Below are positions 1 through 11,733 of a stretch of 56,392 bases of DNA, one piece after another. Position 1 is the first letter of the stretch. The number at the start of each line of letters is the position of its first letter. The translations under genes and the position numbers were made by a program. This DNA comes from Nemertoderma westbladi (Eukaryota > Animalia > Xenacoelomorpha), in contig JAUCBJ010003928.1 of the NCBI GenBank assembly GCA_032718475.1, positions 1-56,392 of the forward strand. Reading direction: 5' to 3'. The notes beneath the pieces are model-generated. The model had not been told where the DNA came from. It was given only the letters and a program-made list of their open reading frames with translations, and did not search any database.

Positions 1-2109
1 CGGATGTTTACCCTATAGTTGTTACGATGTAGGTAGTGTACTGTATATATGAAAGACGACTACAGTTATTTTCCCTCAAAGATCCCAGCTAGGAAGCCTC
101 AACCTGCACCCGTAATACCGGAAACTTTGTATTACCAACCCCGCTTTGTGCATTGTGGTATTATGGCATATTGATATAAAACACGAATTCATGTTATATA
201 AACTTACTCAATGTTAAATAATAGTGTTATCGAATATTTACTACGTAACAAGAGAGCCGCTTAACTACATAAACTAATATTGGATATTGAGTTCCGTTTT
301 GGAGTAACCAGGGAAGGCTTGCAGACACTAAAGTTGCAATAACTTTTTGAGTGTGTGCATGGACTTTGTTCAAATTACTTGCATAATAACGCAAACCTGT
401 TCTAATTCGATGCTCTTCCAACACATGTAATAAAATCTAAGACAATTTTATCTGACAATAAAGTAAAATAAATTTTTTGGTCTATTTCCTTTCTATTGAT
501 CTAATGTTATATATACTTGGAAAGACTCTAGAAAATATATAATAATTTTCTAAAAACAAAATTATTTTATTGTATATTTTCTATATAGAAAACTAAGTTT
601 AAACATTACAGGATAATAACGTCTAAGCAAGTCCAGAACATTGGCAAATGGGGTTTCTTTGTGTAGAATCGCCGTGTCATTGCTATAATCTTCATAGTAG
701 TAAAAATCTTAGCTAAAGAAAAATATTGTAATCTTACACTGTTCTAGAAAATGTAATTCCCGTGACATCTCAGGCAACATCATTAATAAAATAAACATTT
801 TTTAAGCTTTTATAAAATTTGTTCTAGAACACATGTATTAGCAAACATGTTCCAGAACATGTGTTTATTGTTTATAAAAGAAATATAAAAAACTATCTAC
901 CGGTATCATAAAAATTTTTCAGGGTGGGGGGGGGGGGGGGGGGGGTGTACCTATAACACACCAACTACCCATATTGTAAAATTGTAAAGCCATCACAAAA
1001 GATTAGGATATATTTTAATTTTTAAAGTACTGTACCTGCAAATTATTTTATAAACAGAACTGAACATTAAAAATACTACATAATAATAAAGTGGTTGTAG
1101 TGATTTGTCTAAAAAGTAGCTAGCTACTGTACACATCACTATCAATAGGAAATTGTTCTATTGAGCAGTTACCAAGCAACTTGTGTTATAATTAAGCAAA
1201 CAAATAGCTCAATTATCAAAAAAGAGCAATTATTGGGTATTGCAAAAATAGGACATATGTTTGCATGAAATTTAATGTGTTCCGCAACATATTTTTTTAT
1301 AGACTTTTTTTTGGGCAATAACAAGATAATATAGAACCTAAAAAATTTGGTTTTGGTTGATTGCGAATTTCTTATGTGTTTTTTGCTAGATTGACTCGAC
1401 TAATAGTCAACAGAAGTACAACTCTGTCTAACAAAATTCATTCAGCTGGCGTGCCGGTGAGTACCTTGTAGATATTCCCATAGGATTCACTGGAAAGAAC
1501 TATCAGCTGGGTAACAGTTGATATTTGCTAACAGTCTCGGATAGAGTGGCTGAGTAAACACAACCTTACTAAACTTGGCAACTTGGCATACTTCTCTGCA
1601 GTTTGGTCCTATTCAATATTAGCATTCATTACTAGGCCCTCTCTGTCATTTCTTTTTCATGAGCACACCAGCTGGTGTTTCTATCGTTGAGTCTATGGCA
1701 ATTCTCGTGTTATGGGGCTATTTTCTCGAAATAAAACAAGTTGAGATATTTCAATTTATTTCACAAGTACCCATATAAATCTATTTTCATGGTTCATGCA
1801 AAATGTCATCAAAATCGTTAGAGCCGTTTTTGCTCTAGGTAGGTAGCCAGTAGTCAGTAGCTTTTTTTTCTTACAGTAATCAAGTCTAACGACTTGCTAA
1901 TTTTAATTGTTTGTTGTAGCTAAATATATCGAAAATTGAAAAATCCGGCCAAGCCAGCTAGCAGTAGGAAAAAGCTTTATGCCTATCATGCTACCTAATA
2001 ATCATTCTTTATCAATAATCAATAATTGGTCGTATAATTGCTGTAATTTGGTCTCTCATAGCTTGTAATTTCATAATAATTAGCATCGGTTGTTATTTGC
2101 TGCCCCCAA

Positions 2110-2789
2110 TTATCCAATTAGTCGGTGTGGTGCAGGGTGATAAACTATCTCCTCTTCTATTTTCATTATTTATTGCTGATCTACCCGCAGCCATCCCGGT
2201 ATCGGTTTATTTTGTTTATTGTATGCCGATGATTTAGCCATTAATAGTAGCTCGCTCGCTTCATTACAACAGTCTCTAGATAATTTAAGTACCTACTGCG
2301 ATGACAATCTATTAACCGTTAACTTGAGCAAAACTAAAGCCATCAAGTTCCGAAGAGGAGGTCGCATGGCTGCCACAGATATACTCAAATACAAAGGGAA
2401 CGAAATCAAGTTTGTAAATTCTTTTAATTACCTGGGGTTCATTCTAACGTCCAAAAACACTTCGACGGGTCACTATGTCCACCTTCGGAAAAGAGGAATA
2501 AGTGCGTCGGTGCGCATTGCATCTCTCGTAGTTCTCTCTTCGGTTTCGCTGGAAACAGCAAAGAAATTGTGGAATCTGGTAGTTTTACCTTCGTGCACTT
2601 ATGGTTGCTCAACATTTATCCAAAGTGACGACGTTTCAGCGCTAGATCATGTCGTCAAATGCCGCGGGTTTTTCTTCAAACTCTGGTGTGGCCTGAGCAA
2701 ATTTGCTACAACGACGCGGTTACTAAATGCGATTGATAACAATTCAGTACACTAGCTAATCTAACAGCTAAAAGAAGACGTATCGCGGC
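2110..2789 (+). pseudogene. Decayed non-LTR retrotransposon reverse transcriptase, 5' part (interrupted by the LTR element)
   Basis: GVVQGDKLSPLLFSLFIADL near 2124, then YADDLAI, N.SKTK and FNYLG in ORF 2219-2755; frameshifts present. Confidence 0.85.
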
Positions 2790-4005
2790 TGTTCGCGCTT
2801 TTGAAGACCTTTAGCAGTTTAACCTGCCAAAATTTATATGTCTTTTAGTTAATTAAAACAACTTTAGCATACGACAATATTTTATGCTAATACACAAAAC
2901 ATTAGCCGAAGTCAGCCCATGCGCGATCATTCACCCGATGGATCTACACCCGGGAGGCTGAATTCGGATGCTTAAATTTTATTATTGCAGTGTAAGGTTG
3001 CAGTGTAAACTTACTGTATTATTCGACAGATCGTTAATAATTAATTCCTGACAGATATTATTGGCTTTCGGGAAATATTAACAGTTCCTTTAGGACGTGG
3101 CGCTCTATCTATTTAAACAGAACTAGGACTTATACTAAACGCAACGATACTGCTTATGATTAAAGTATAAAGCGTATTCTTTAGGAAATACTTTGTTACC
3201 AATCACAATCATGCACACTATTCTGCCGACCGTCAGTATATTTGATCACACATAAAGAGAGCAGTAATTGACTCATGTAGGGTCTGCTAAATAACATTAG
3301 ATTCAATACACACCACATTAATATAAATCGCAATTGTTATATATAGCCCGCCTCTCTAACCTGTAGTGTATCAAGAAAATTGGGAAATTTGGGTGATTTA
3401 TCCGTATTATCCAAAGAGCAATATTTCCATCAACAAATAGGTACAATTAATAACTGACAGTAAAATAACAGTACAAACAATATGATTAATGCAGTTAAAT
3501 TAAGTAAGTATGTTAAGATGCGTTAAGATTCGTGAGTGAGTTCGTTTGGTAACAGTTTATACTTTCGATAATTTAAGCAGTTTTACTAGAGTTCTTCCCA
3601 AAAAGCCGGTGTTATGGCGAAAAATGGGAACATAACAACAGAATCATATAAAATCATATGACTACTACCACTATACGAGTATACCAAAAACCCTTATTCC
3701 ACGAAGCCCCGTTCAACACAGAGGATGAGCATAGAGATAGGAAATTCAGTTCAGTAGCGCTGGGATAGGTCGAAATCAACGCCTACGCAAATTCTATTGG
3801 CCGACACGAACAGCAAGGCTAAGGCAACCTCTCTAAGCTAGTTGGCCGATTAAACTGAGCCCAGATATCTCCGTACAGCACATCAGCCAATAAGCTGGTA
3901 GCTTGCACTATTTTAGTTATAAATCCCTTTGAGAGTATTCTAGCGACTGGGGGGGAACTGGCCAGCAAAGGCAAACGTATCAGTTATCCCACAAAAGCTT
4001 TTACA
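2790..4005 (-). repeat. 3' LTR (1216 bp)
   Basis: TGTTCGCG...TTTTACA; direct repeat of 13895-15112; preceded on the minus strand by a purine tract. Confidence 0.95.
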
Positions 4006-4013
4006 CCGCTCCC
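4006..4013 (-). other. Polypurine tract (GGGAGCGG) abutting the 3' LTR
   Basis: Plus-strand ccgctccc immediately inside the left LTR; orientation agrees with gag. Confidence 0.7.
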
Positions 4014-4083
4014 AGAAAATGGGATTTAAGTCTATAAAATATACAAAATCACAGTTTCTAAAATATAAAAATACTCTAAACAG

Positions 4084-5533
4084 TTAGTCTTTCTTGCGCG
4101 GACGGCGTTTACGCAGTTTTTTAAAGCTAGCAAGAGTCCTTTTCTCTTTGGGGCGAGCCACTTTACGAGGAGGGCTATAACTCCTGGGTGAAGGGTGCAA
4201 TATGATTGCATCAGAAGGTATGGGATTGCGATCGGTATATCCGCCGGTCGAAGTACCGGGTTGATTGACATCAACGTCCGGGGAGAGGGGTCTAACGGCT
4301 TTGAGAGCTCGTTTCAAGACAGCCGCTCTTACGGGTCCTGTACGAGTGGTCTGCACGAGGGCCGTGGGTGGACCATAGGTAGTTAGAAACTTCCTTGGTT
4401 TAATGGTTCTTTCCAACTCGCGTTCGCGGGCTCGGTACTCGTAAGGCCGTCGATATACTTCTTGTAACTCAGGGTGTGAGTTGACGAATAAGTCTCCATA
4501 GGCAGGGTCTTGACGGATAAAGTTTATTAAGTTGTAAGAATGGATGTCACTCGGATTAATGCTCCTGAGAAATTTGCGTACATATTTGGTTGAAATACAT
4601 TCTCCAACGCGCTTCAGTAGTTCATAACTTGATAGGCGCGATTTCTGCTCGACGGAGGCAAACAAATAAGGATGGAACGCATAAACTCCTTCGTAAGCGC
4701 GTCCAGGGTAATAGCGATGGCGTGAATCACAATGTAAATCAGCGTTCGCTTCCCAAGCTCTGATATAACGTAGTACAATCATTTCATCTACGCTCTCTAA
4801 ATCATGGTTAAAGGGACAATCAAAGCTGGCGTGTCCTTTTAATTGACAATGATGGCATTGAGTCATAAATTGGGGGCAGACAGCAAAAATGTGCAAATTA
4901 TTAAGCCGACAATATGCACAATAGATTTCCATCGACGGTTGCTCGTGGAAATAGGAACAAAGATCGTTGGTGTCCATGGACGTAATATGGTCTCTCGATG
5001 CGCACAGCCGACAACGTTGTCGAGAAACATAATTGGCGTGGCGATAATCATACGCAGTAAGACACTGTGGACCTTGATACCATTCCAATATGTAGTCGCT
5101 ATCGATACTCCGAGACGTGGGGGGCTGAATCTCTTCAGATTCTAAACATATGGGTTCGTCTTCCCAGTCTGTTACGAATATAATTTTCGTGATCTATTCT
5201 CGGTTTATCGTTACGACTCCGCTGGGTATGATATTTAAATAGAACCATTTCCCTTTCGGTGTATACATCGTCCGTATCATGTAAATCGATAGGATGGCCG
5301 GTAGTTAAGAAGTCCATATACGTACCATTACGATTCGTATAGCGAGCGGTGAATTTTCTATAGTCCAATTCGCGCGTAAGTTGTTCCTGGGACATCGGCG
5401 GTTCGATATAACGACCATCGTCCTCCGTAATAGTCGGATCGGCTTCACCGCGTATCAAGCTATCCACAAATGCTTGTAAAGGTAGAGTATATCGCTCTCT
5501 AATACCAAGATCATCTTCTATCAATTCCGTCAT
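4084..5533 (-). CDS. Accessory ORF of the LTR element, zinc-knuckle protein, split into two overlapping frames (5135-5533 and 4084-~5190)
   Basis: CRLC-x4-H-x9-C, CAYC-x5-H-x4-C and CHHC-x4-H-x4-C motifs; basic C-terminal tail; the downstream frame is open back to ~5190 and overlaps the upstream ORF in the +1 frame. Confidence 0.7.
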
Positions 5534-7152
5534 ATCTGTTATCTGAGTTTATTAATATCAATATAAGTTAATATTTTAGGCAAGCGGGCGTCGCTGCCTA
5601 CTAGGCTTTGCCCCCGGACAGTGGGTTTCTCAGCGCCGATGTACCGTTGTCGCAGTGTTTACGCCAACATGTAGCAACAGCACGACAACGATAACCGGCA
5701 CAAGTCCCACCACTGTCCGTCCCAAAGGCTTGAATCCACTTGAGGTTATCTCGGTAGAGTTAGGGCTACTTTACAATTGCGATTAGCTACTGTAAACACA
5801 CTTTAGTAGTAACATTCACCTATAAACGCACAAATTCCATACAATCATTACTTACTGCACACATGCATGCCATTTGTCCGTTAGTCAGTGTCTTCCAGAA
5901 TGTCACGTTATTACTATGTATCCTTGGATACTAATAGTGCGCTATGTATACTCTTATGCTACGCAATGGGGCAAGCTTTTTATTGTTCCTTTAACTTGCT
6001 TCTAATTCTAGCGTGGGTGTTGCCATGGTGACATTATGGAAAACTAGCGGTAGAATTAGGGCAATTCTCATGTATACAGATCTGGGATGTTATTTAATAG
6101 TAATTCTTTAATTGTCAATCTTCTCTTTATGCCTGATTTTATAAATTTTATCGGCTATTGACTATATATTGGAGATTCTCGCACTCTAGTACACTCAATA
6201 TGAATCTCCGCTCCCATGATCTATTAATTACTGTAATTTTGGGAATGTTGTAAATTGCACAAAATGACAATTTATGAAATTCATTCGAATATGAATTTAA
6301 ATTTATTCCCGTGAATTTTATTATTTGATGTTAAAATTGACACAATTTGATTCCAGAGCAGGTCTGGGGACATAGGATCCTTAATTCTATGAATTTTGTC
6401 TTTTAAGAGTATCGGTAAGTGCTACGATATCTTAATCGACTAGAATTGTTAACGGATCTGAATTTTACAGATTTTAATAAATATTAAATTAATATCTAGG
6501 ATGGGCACCGATTTATTCCAGAACTTGTCTGGGGACGTTAACCACTGATTCTAGAATTTGTCTTTCAAGTATATCGGTGGGTGCCACGATATCTTAATCG
6601 ACTAGAATTACAGATGGTCAAAAGTTTAACAGATTTATTTGCGATTTACGCTACTGTTAGAGGGACATCACGCTACTATATGTATTATTTGTTATAAGGT
6701 AGAAGAGCAATATCGCACGAAGCAATGTCAGTGTGAAGAGGCAAGTCGTTTCCAAGGTCTACCCAGAGCTTGGTTTAGCCGAGACACGAGGATCTGAACT
6801 TTGCATTCCTAATACTCTGCCTACCAATAATACTTAAATATAGTAGTGGCTTTATTGTACTTTAAGAAGTACTGACATGTCATCTTACTATAGTCTCGCA
6901 TTTATAATATAATACGGACAGTAAGGAAAGAGAAAATAATTATTTCTTGCCGTCGCACTAAATATATTGTAAGTAATTAAATACGTAATAAACACTAATA
7001 GATTGCACTAATTTACTAAATATTCTAAAATAACATTCTACTAAATAAAATTAAAGAAAACGATTATAATAAAATTACATAATAATACATACATAAATAT
7101 AAAATAAAAACAAATATAAAATGATATAGTCACACGCCCACTCCACATGCTA

Positions 7153-10100
7153 TCATGTTATGGAGTCCCTAGATATTTGTCGGATTAGGGAAGTAGTTTT
7201 AGGAAGAGTATCTTGCCTTCCATTGTTTCCGGATAGTTTTCGGTTTCTTTCCAGTAAACATAAACGACTAGCTGGGCGATTGAGTTGTTGTGTTACTTTC
7301 TCCGCTCCCTTGGCCTGTCTAACCTCCGCCGTGGTAAGATGAGGAGGCCATTCTTCTTCTTCTTTACTTAAGAAGTCGGATCCACCTAACCAGCCTGGAG
7401 TATCTATCAGTTCTTGAGTAGTTGCTCCTCTGGAAGCGATGTCGGCTGGATTAATCGTCCCAAGGCAATGTCTCCATTGATCTACATTGGAGTTAATATC
7501 GTCATTATCTGAGGAGTATGGTGTTCCCTCAGTTGGATCGTCCACATCACTGCTCTCCACTTCCCATTCCTTTACTTGGTATACCTGTTGTTGAGGTAAT
7601 CTCTCTTTGAGAGTTCTACGGGAAGGGCCAGTGAAGTACCAACCTACTCTAGTTCTTACCGCATAGGTTTGCAGTGGCTGCGGTTGAGCAGGCCGTTTCT
7701 CCAATGTCTCGAGCGCCTCATGCGCGTTTTGGCCGATGAGTATTTGCACTCCAGGATAATCTGTCTGGAATCGAGGTATCTTAAGATGTTGGATGCTCTC
7801 ATCCTCGTCCCAATTATAAAGGTCTGCTTGGGTAGTAGCGAAGTTCTTTATAGCCACCATTTTTACTGACCTTATACTTTGTGCTCCTAATTTATCCTGG
7901 GGGGTGGACAACTCACCTACATAGTAATCTGCCGTTAGGGTAGATTTCCAAACCTGCATAATTCCTGACATATTCAATTTAGTCCGGAACTTGGGTTGTC
8001 CAGCAAAGATATCTTCGGCTAGTTCTTGATCGATGAATGTTCCTGTGCTGCCGGAGTCAAGTAGGGCGTTCACTATGTAACTCTTGTTGAGACCATGAAC
8101 TCTCACTTGCACTACAGGAAATTCTCTTATTCCTATGTTGGAAGTTGGAACTTTCCAAGATGGTTGTTTGTCAAAAGGAGTTGGAGTAAACTCGTCAGTG
8201 TCCTTTTCATACGTAAGTGCTCGATACACTGTGGTATTTATTAGATAACAGGATTCGTTGGCATCGGAGAATTCGTCTGTATAGAATCCTTCCCACTCAG
8301 AACCTTGGTCAGTGTCGTTCACATCACTGAATTGGACATGTAGTTCGGGCTCACTTACCTGACTCGGGTTGTCTCGTTCGAACTCACTGTGTAACAAGAT
8401 GTGATGTTTCGCGCCACACTTTGCACACTTTACGTCGGAGTAACAGGTTCGCCGTTGGTGTCCTGATCTGAGGCAATTATAGCATAACCGCTTATTCCAC
8501 AGGACTGTACGTCTGTCTACAGGGGATTTCTTTAGAAATTCAGCACACGCACTCAAACGGTGGGGCCCGTCGCACAGCGCGCATTTTGGTTTGATGTTAC
8601 TCACCTTAACTTGGTTAACGTTATGCACTCTCGTTCTTTCTTCGGGCTTTCTTCCGTGAATTCTCTTAGGAGACGTAGGAGGAGTTGTTGTTACCTGTTC
8701 TCTCCTGTCACTGGTTCGAGACTTGTATTTACTTACGTCTTTATAGGTCTTGTTGTCATAGTAAGATTTTGCTGTGTCTTTCCCGCTGTCCTCTTCTTGA
8801 GAAGCTTGGCTTTCGCCGTCGTCAGTATAACACACTGGTATTATCCTTCTCCTAGAAACGAGTTTCTCACTTACCTTATTTTCTGATGTTTTCTCTCTGG
8901 ACTGCCTTATGAGTTGTAATTTTACTTCACTATCTAAGAAGGACATGAGATCAGCCATGGTAGGGCTTCGGCGTTGTTGTTCATTCATGTACAACACTTT
9001 CTTGTCCCAGCGTGTACATACTCCACCCTTTGGTAAAGTAGAGACTACGGCTCCAATAACCATGGAACTCTGATATTCATGCGACTTACCTAACCAGTCC
9101 AGTTGTCTACAGATCTCTTGAATTTCATCGGAAAACTCTATAATCTCGCTACTAAGGAAGTGTCGGGGGGCTACTAATTTTGCATACAAATACTTAGCTA
9201 TGTTATCCTTGTTACCATACCTGATGTTTAATGTATCCCAAACTTGTCTTAATCCTTCTGGATGTCCAATAAACTTTAACGCCATTAACTTGGGAGGTCC
9301 TTCCAAACACTTGATGAGGAATCTAAGTTTCTCTCCGTTAGATAGTACAGAGTTCTGTATGCTATCTTTGTAATATTCGTTGAAAGGTAACCATTTCATT
9401 TCGTCTCCATTGAATTTGACGATCTCTCCCACTTTGACCACTTGGCGGGCTTCTGTTCTAGCCATCTGACGCGTAAAGCTTTCTTGGGCCATCGTGTTAT
9501 TTAATATCGAATTATCGGTATATAAATTTCTCGGATCATTATCAGGTCTATAAGGAATATCATTAATAACAGGTCTATAATCACCCTTAATAGGGTTTGC
9601 TATAGGAGTTTCAACTTCACTAGCAGTATAGATGCGTGTAGGCTCTACACCTTGCGCATGTAATACTTCAGACCTAACAGGTTGACACAATGTTACAGGG
9701 GGTATTGGTATGCCCTTTTTGATATTGACTAATTTGTCGCATTCTAGCGCGATACTTTGCTGCACTTCTTGCAACTCTGCTCTACCTTCCCTCACTGTTC
9801 CCTTAAGTTGGTAGACAGTCTCCTGCATCTGTCCCAGCAGGAGATTCATCCCCCGCCGTCCCTCCTCCACCCACTCAACCGCCGAAGCGGGAGTCGCCAA
9901 CATAGTAGCGGGCTGACGCGGGACGACGGGAGACAAATTATTGATTTCTCTCTCTGCTATCTGGACAGGGGTATTTGCATGGACTGTTCCACCGGGTACA
10001 GGCAGTGTAGTACTATGTAAAGGGAATTTAGAGTTAAGCTCTGGAAGTGCAGGGGTCTCTAGCACAGAAGTGACTTTGGGAACAACAGGCCTAATTATTT

Positions 10101-11733
10101 CAGGTTCATCGACTATAGTAGGGAGTCTTTTGACCTGGATGAATTGTTCTATGGGTTCTGCACGACCTAAGTCTGTGCTAGTTAGCTGTCTTTTAACAGC
10201 TGGGGGCAAATCAGGCAATTTGCGACGGTAAGATGTTTTTCTACGCCTACTTAGATGAGATCTATTTCCTCCGCCTTCAGGATCGGTGGTCTCGCCTTCC
10301 TCCGAGGATGTGTATCCCTGGCGCTTGGGGGTAGATTTTCTCATCATTTGCATTTGATTAGCAGTAAACTGTTTATTTATACTGTCTTGTGTCTCTTGCA
10401 GATTTTCCAACTCCAGTTGGGTAGTCTGCTCAGCGGCTCTCCGTTCTGCTTCTGCCACTGCCTTTGCTGCTTTTGCATCTGCCGCCGCTGCCTTTCCTTT
10501 TGCTTCTGCTTCTGCCGCTGCTGCCTTTCTTTCTGCTTCTGCTTCTGCCGTAGCCGCCGCCTTTTGTTCCTCTATCCTTCTTTTCTTTATTTGTTCTTCT
10601 CGGACTCTAGTGAGGCGGAGTTTTTCATCACATTCAGCTTGGTTTGCAGCTAACATTTCGGCATCGATTGAGTCCAACACAAGCTTGGTTCCTTCACTAT
10701 TAGGGGAAAGTCCAGACAGCCGTCTCCTCAACTCTTCGTCTCCTAGGAATCGCTGATAGTCGGACAAATAAATGTCAATAGCGTCTCTAGTTCGCGGTTC
10801 CTCGGCGGCCTCTTCGCTTTTCGCTTGAGAAAGGGTGACATCAGTTGGTTCTTCATAGGTTGATCTCTCAGCCAGCTGGGATTTCCACTGGGCCGTTTCC
10901 TGTACTTTGAGATCTACCCGATGTAGCCAAGTTTTGACAGCAACCTGCAGCGACGTGTCCTGTCTTCTTTTGGAAGTTTCCTCAAAGGCTGAGAGGATTA
11001 GTCGTATGCGTAGGGTTCTTTCGCGTATTTGATATAGCAGGTCTTCCTGCTCTTGAGGTCCGTGAGGTTGTCGAAACAGTTGTTCTTCCAATCGATCCAA
11101 GGATCCGAAGAATCCCTGCACATATCCTGCTGCCGACCTCTTCCAAACAGCTGGATCCATTGTATCTTTAGCCACTCCCATCCTGTGTATATCTTCCCAA
11201 GTAGCCTCGGACAGATCCAACGGAAGTCCGAGTCCGGGAAAGTTCCATTGTGATTCAACAATAGATATCAATTCTTCCCTGGCGTATCCCGCGTAATTAT
11301 CTTTGGTCGCTCGCTTATTCCTCGCCCAGTCGGCTTGATGTTCTTCAACCGCAATGAATATAGTAGTTAGCACTGCAGCAGGAAGGGTAAGAAGGGGGTC
11401 CGAGTAGACTGTAGCAGCCATCTGCACTCCGCCTTCGGGGGTCAGCTCTTCAGTATCCGAACTGCTGGAGCTATCGGATCGCTGGGAAGTAGGTCCTTGA
11501 CCAAGATGTTGCTGCGATAGGACAACTGCCTCTTGGTCCCGTTTTACCTGTGCCCGAGTGCCTATGATGGACCTATGGTGGACTAGCCTAGGGTCTGATA
11601 CTACTGGAGGGATGACCTTTTTTACAGTAGGAGGTGAGCCGAACTCCTTTCTTATTCGCTCCACACTCCTATCTGAATCACAGATAGTTGTATCGATCAG
11701 ACTGTCTGACAGGTTTTGCTGAGTGTCAGACAT
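7153..11733 (-). CDS. gag-pro: BEL/Pao Gag-protease polyprotein with pol remnants (no RT, no integrase core), 1526 aa
   Basis: KFNGD..KW..F...Y/EKL.FL..CLEG (DUF1759-like capsid region); CALC..H..C, CYNC..GH..C and CAKC..HH.LLH knuckles; ALLDSGS; AVRTRVGW; then directly WRHC.G..NPADIASRG, W..G..FL, EEWP and terminal RPASRLCLLE. Confidence 0.92.
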   Translation of the reverse strand: MSDTQQNLSDSLIDTTICDSDRSVERIRKEFGSPPTVKKVIPPVVSDPRLVHHRSIIGTRAQVKRDQEAVVLSQQHLGQGPTSQRSDSSSSSDTEELTPEGGVQMAATVYSDPLLTLPAAVLTTIFIAVEEHQADWARNKRATKDNYAGYAREELISIVESQWNFPGLGLPLDLSEATWEDIHRMGVAKDTMDPAVWKRSAAGYVQGFFGSLDRLEEQLFRQPHGPQEQEDLLYQIRERTLRIRLILSAFEETSKRRQDTSLQVAVKTWLHRVDLKVQETAQWKSQLAERSTYEEPTDVTLSQAKSEEAAEEPRTRDAIDIYLSDYQRFLGDEELRRRLSGLSPNSEGTKLVLDSIDAEMLAANQAECDEKLRLTRVREEQIKKRRIEEQKAAATAEAEAERKAAAAEAEAKGKAAAADAKAAKAVAEAERRAAEQTTQLELENLQETQDSINKQFTANQMQMMRKSTPKRQGYTSSEEGETTDPEGGGNRSHLSRRRKTSYRRKLPDLPPAVKRQLTSTDLGRAEPIEQFIQVKRLPTIVDEPEIIRPVVPKVTSVLETPALPELNSKFPLHSTTLPVPGGTVHANTPVQIAEREINNLSPVVPRQPATMLATPASAVEWVEEGRRGMNLLLGQMQETVYQLKGTVREGRAELQEVQQSIALECDKLVNIKKGIPIPPVTLCQPVRSEVLHAQGVEPTRIYTASEVETPIANPIKGDYRPVINDIPYRPDNDPRNLYTDNSILNNTMAQESFTRQMARTEARQVVKVGEIVKFNGDEMKWLPFNEYYKDSIQNSVLSNGEKLRFLIKCLEGPPKLMALKFIGHPEGLRQVWDTLNIRYGNKDNIAKYLYAKLVAPRHFLSSEIIEFSDEIQEICRQLDWLGKSHEYQSSMVIGAVVSTLPKGGVCTRWDKKVLYMNEQQRRSPTMADLMSFLDSEVKLQLIRQSREKTSENKVSEKLVSRRRIIPVCYTDDGESQASQEEDSGKDTAKSYYDNKTYKDVSKYKSRTSDRREQVTTTPPTSPKRIHGRKPEERTRVHNVNQVKVSNIKPKCALCDGPHRLSACAEFLKKSPVDRRTVLWNKRLCYNCLRSGHQRRTCYSDVKCAKCGAKHHILLHSEFERDNPSQVSEPELHVQFSDVNDTDQGSEWEGFYTDEFSDANESCYLINTTVYRALTYEKDTDEFTPTPFDKQPSWKVPTSNIGIREFPVVQVRVHGLNKSYIVNALLDSGSTGTFIDQELAEDIFAGQPKFRTKLNMSGIMQVWKSTLTADYYVGELSTPQDKLGAQSIRSVKMVAIKNFATTQADLYNWDEDESIQHLKIPRFQTDYPGVQILIGQNAHEALETLEKRPAQPQPLQTYAVRTRVGWYFTGPSRRTLKERLPQQQVYQVKEWEVESSDVDDPTEGTPYSSDNDDINSNVDQWRHCLGTINPADIASRGATTQELIDTPGWLGGSDFLSKEEEEWPPHLTTAEVRQAKGAEKVTQQLNRPASRLCLLERNRKLSGNNGRQDTLPKTTSLIRQISRDSIT

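Noticed and set aside
921-946. Poly-G/poly-C runs (also ~19485, 26250, 34771, 41408, 51577) as regulatory G-quadruplexes
   Set aside because: Common homopolymers in this sequence with unreliable lengths; nothing supports a specific function.
1390-1456. Possible upstream TMEM181 exon (tag...gtgagt)
   Set aside because: No translation resembles TMEM181.
4084-5088. env gene
   Set aside because: No signal peptide, furin site/fusion peptide arrangement or transmembrane anchor.
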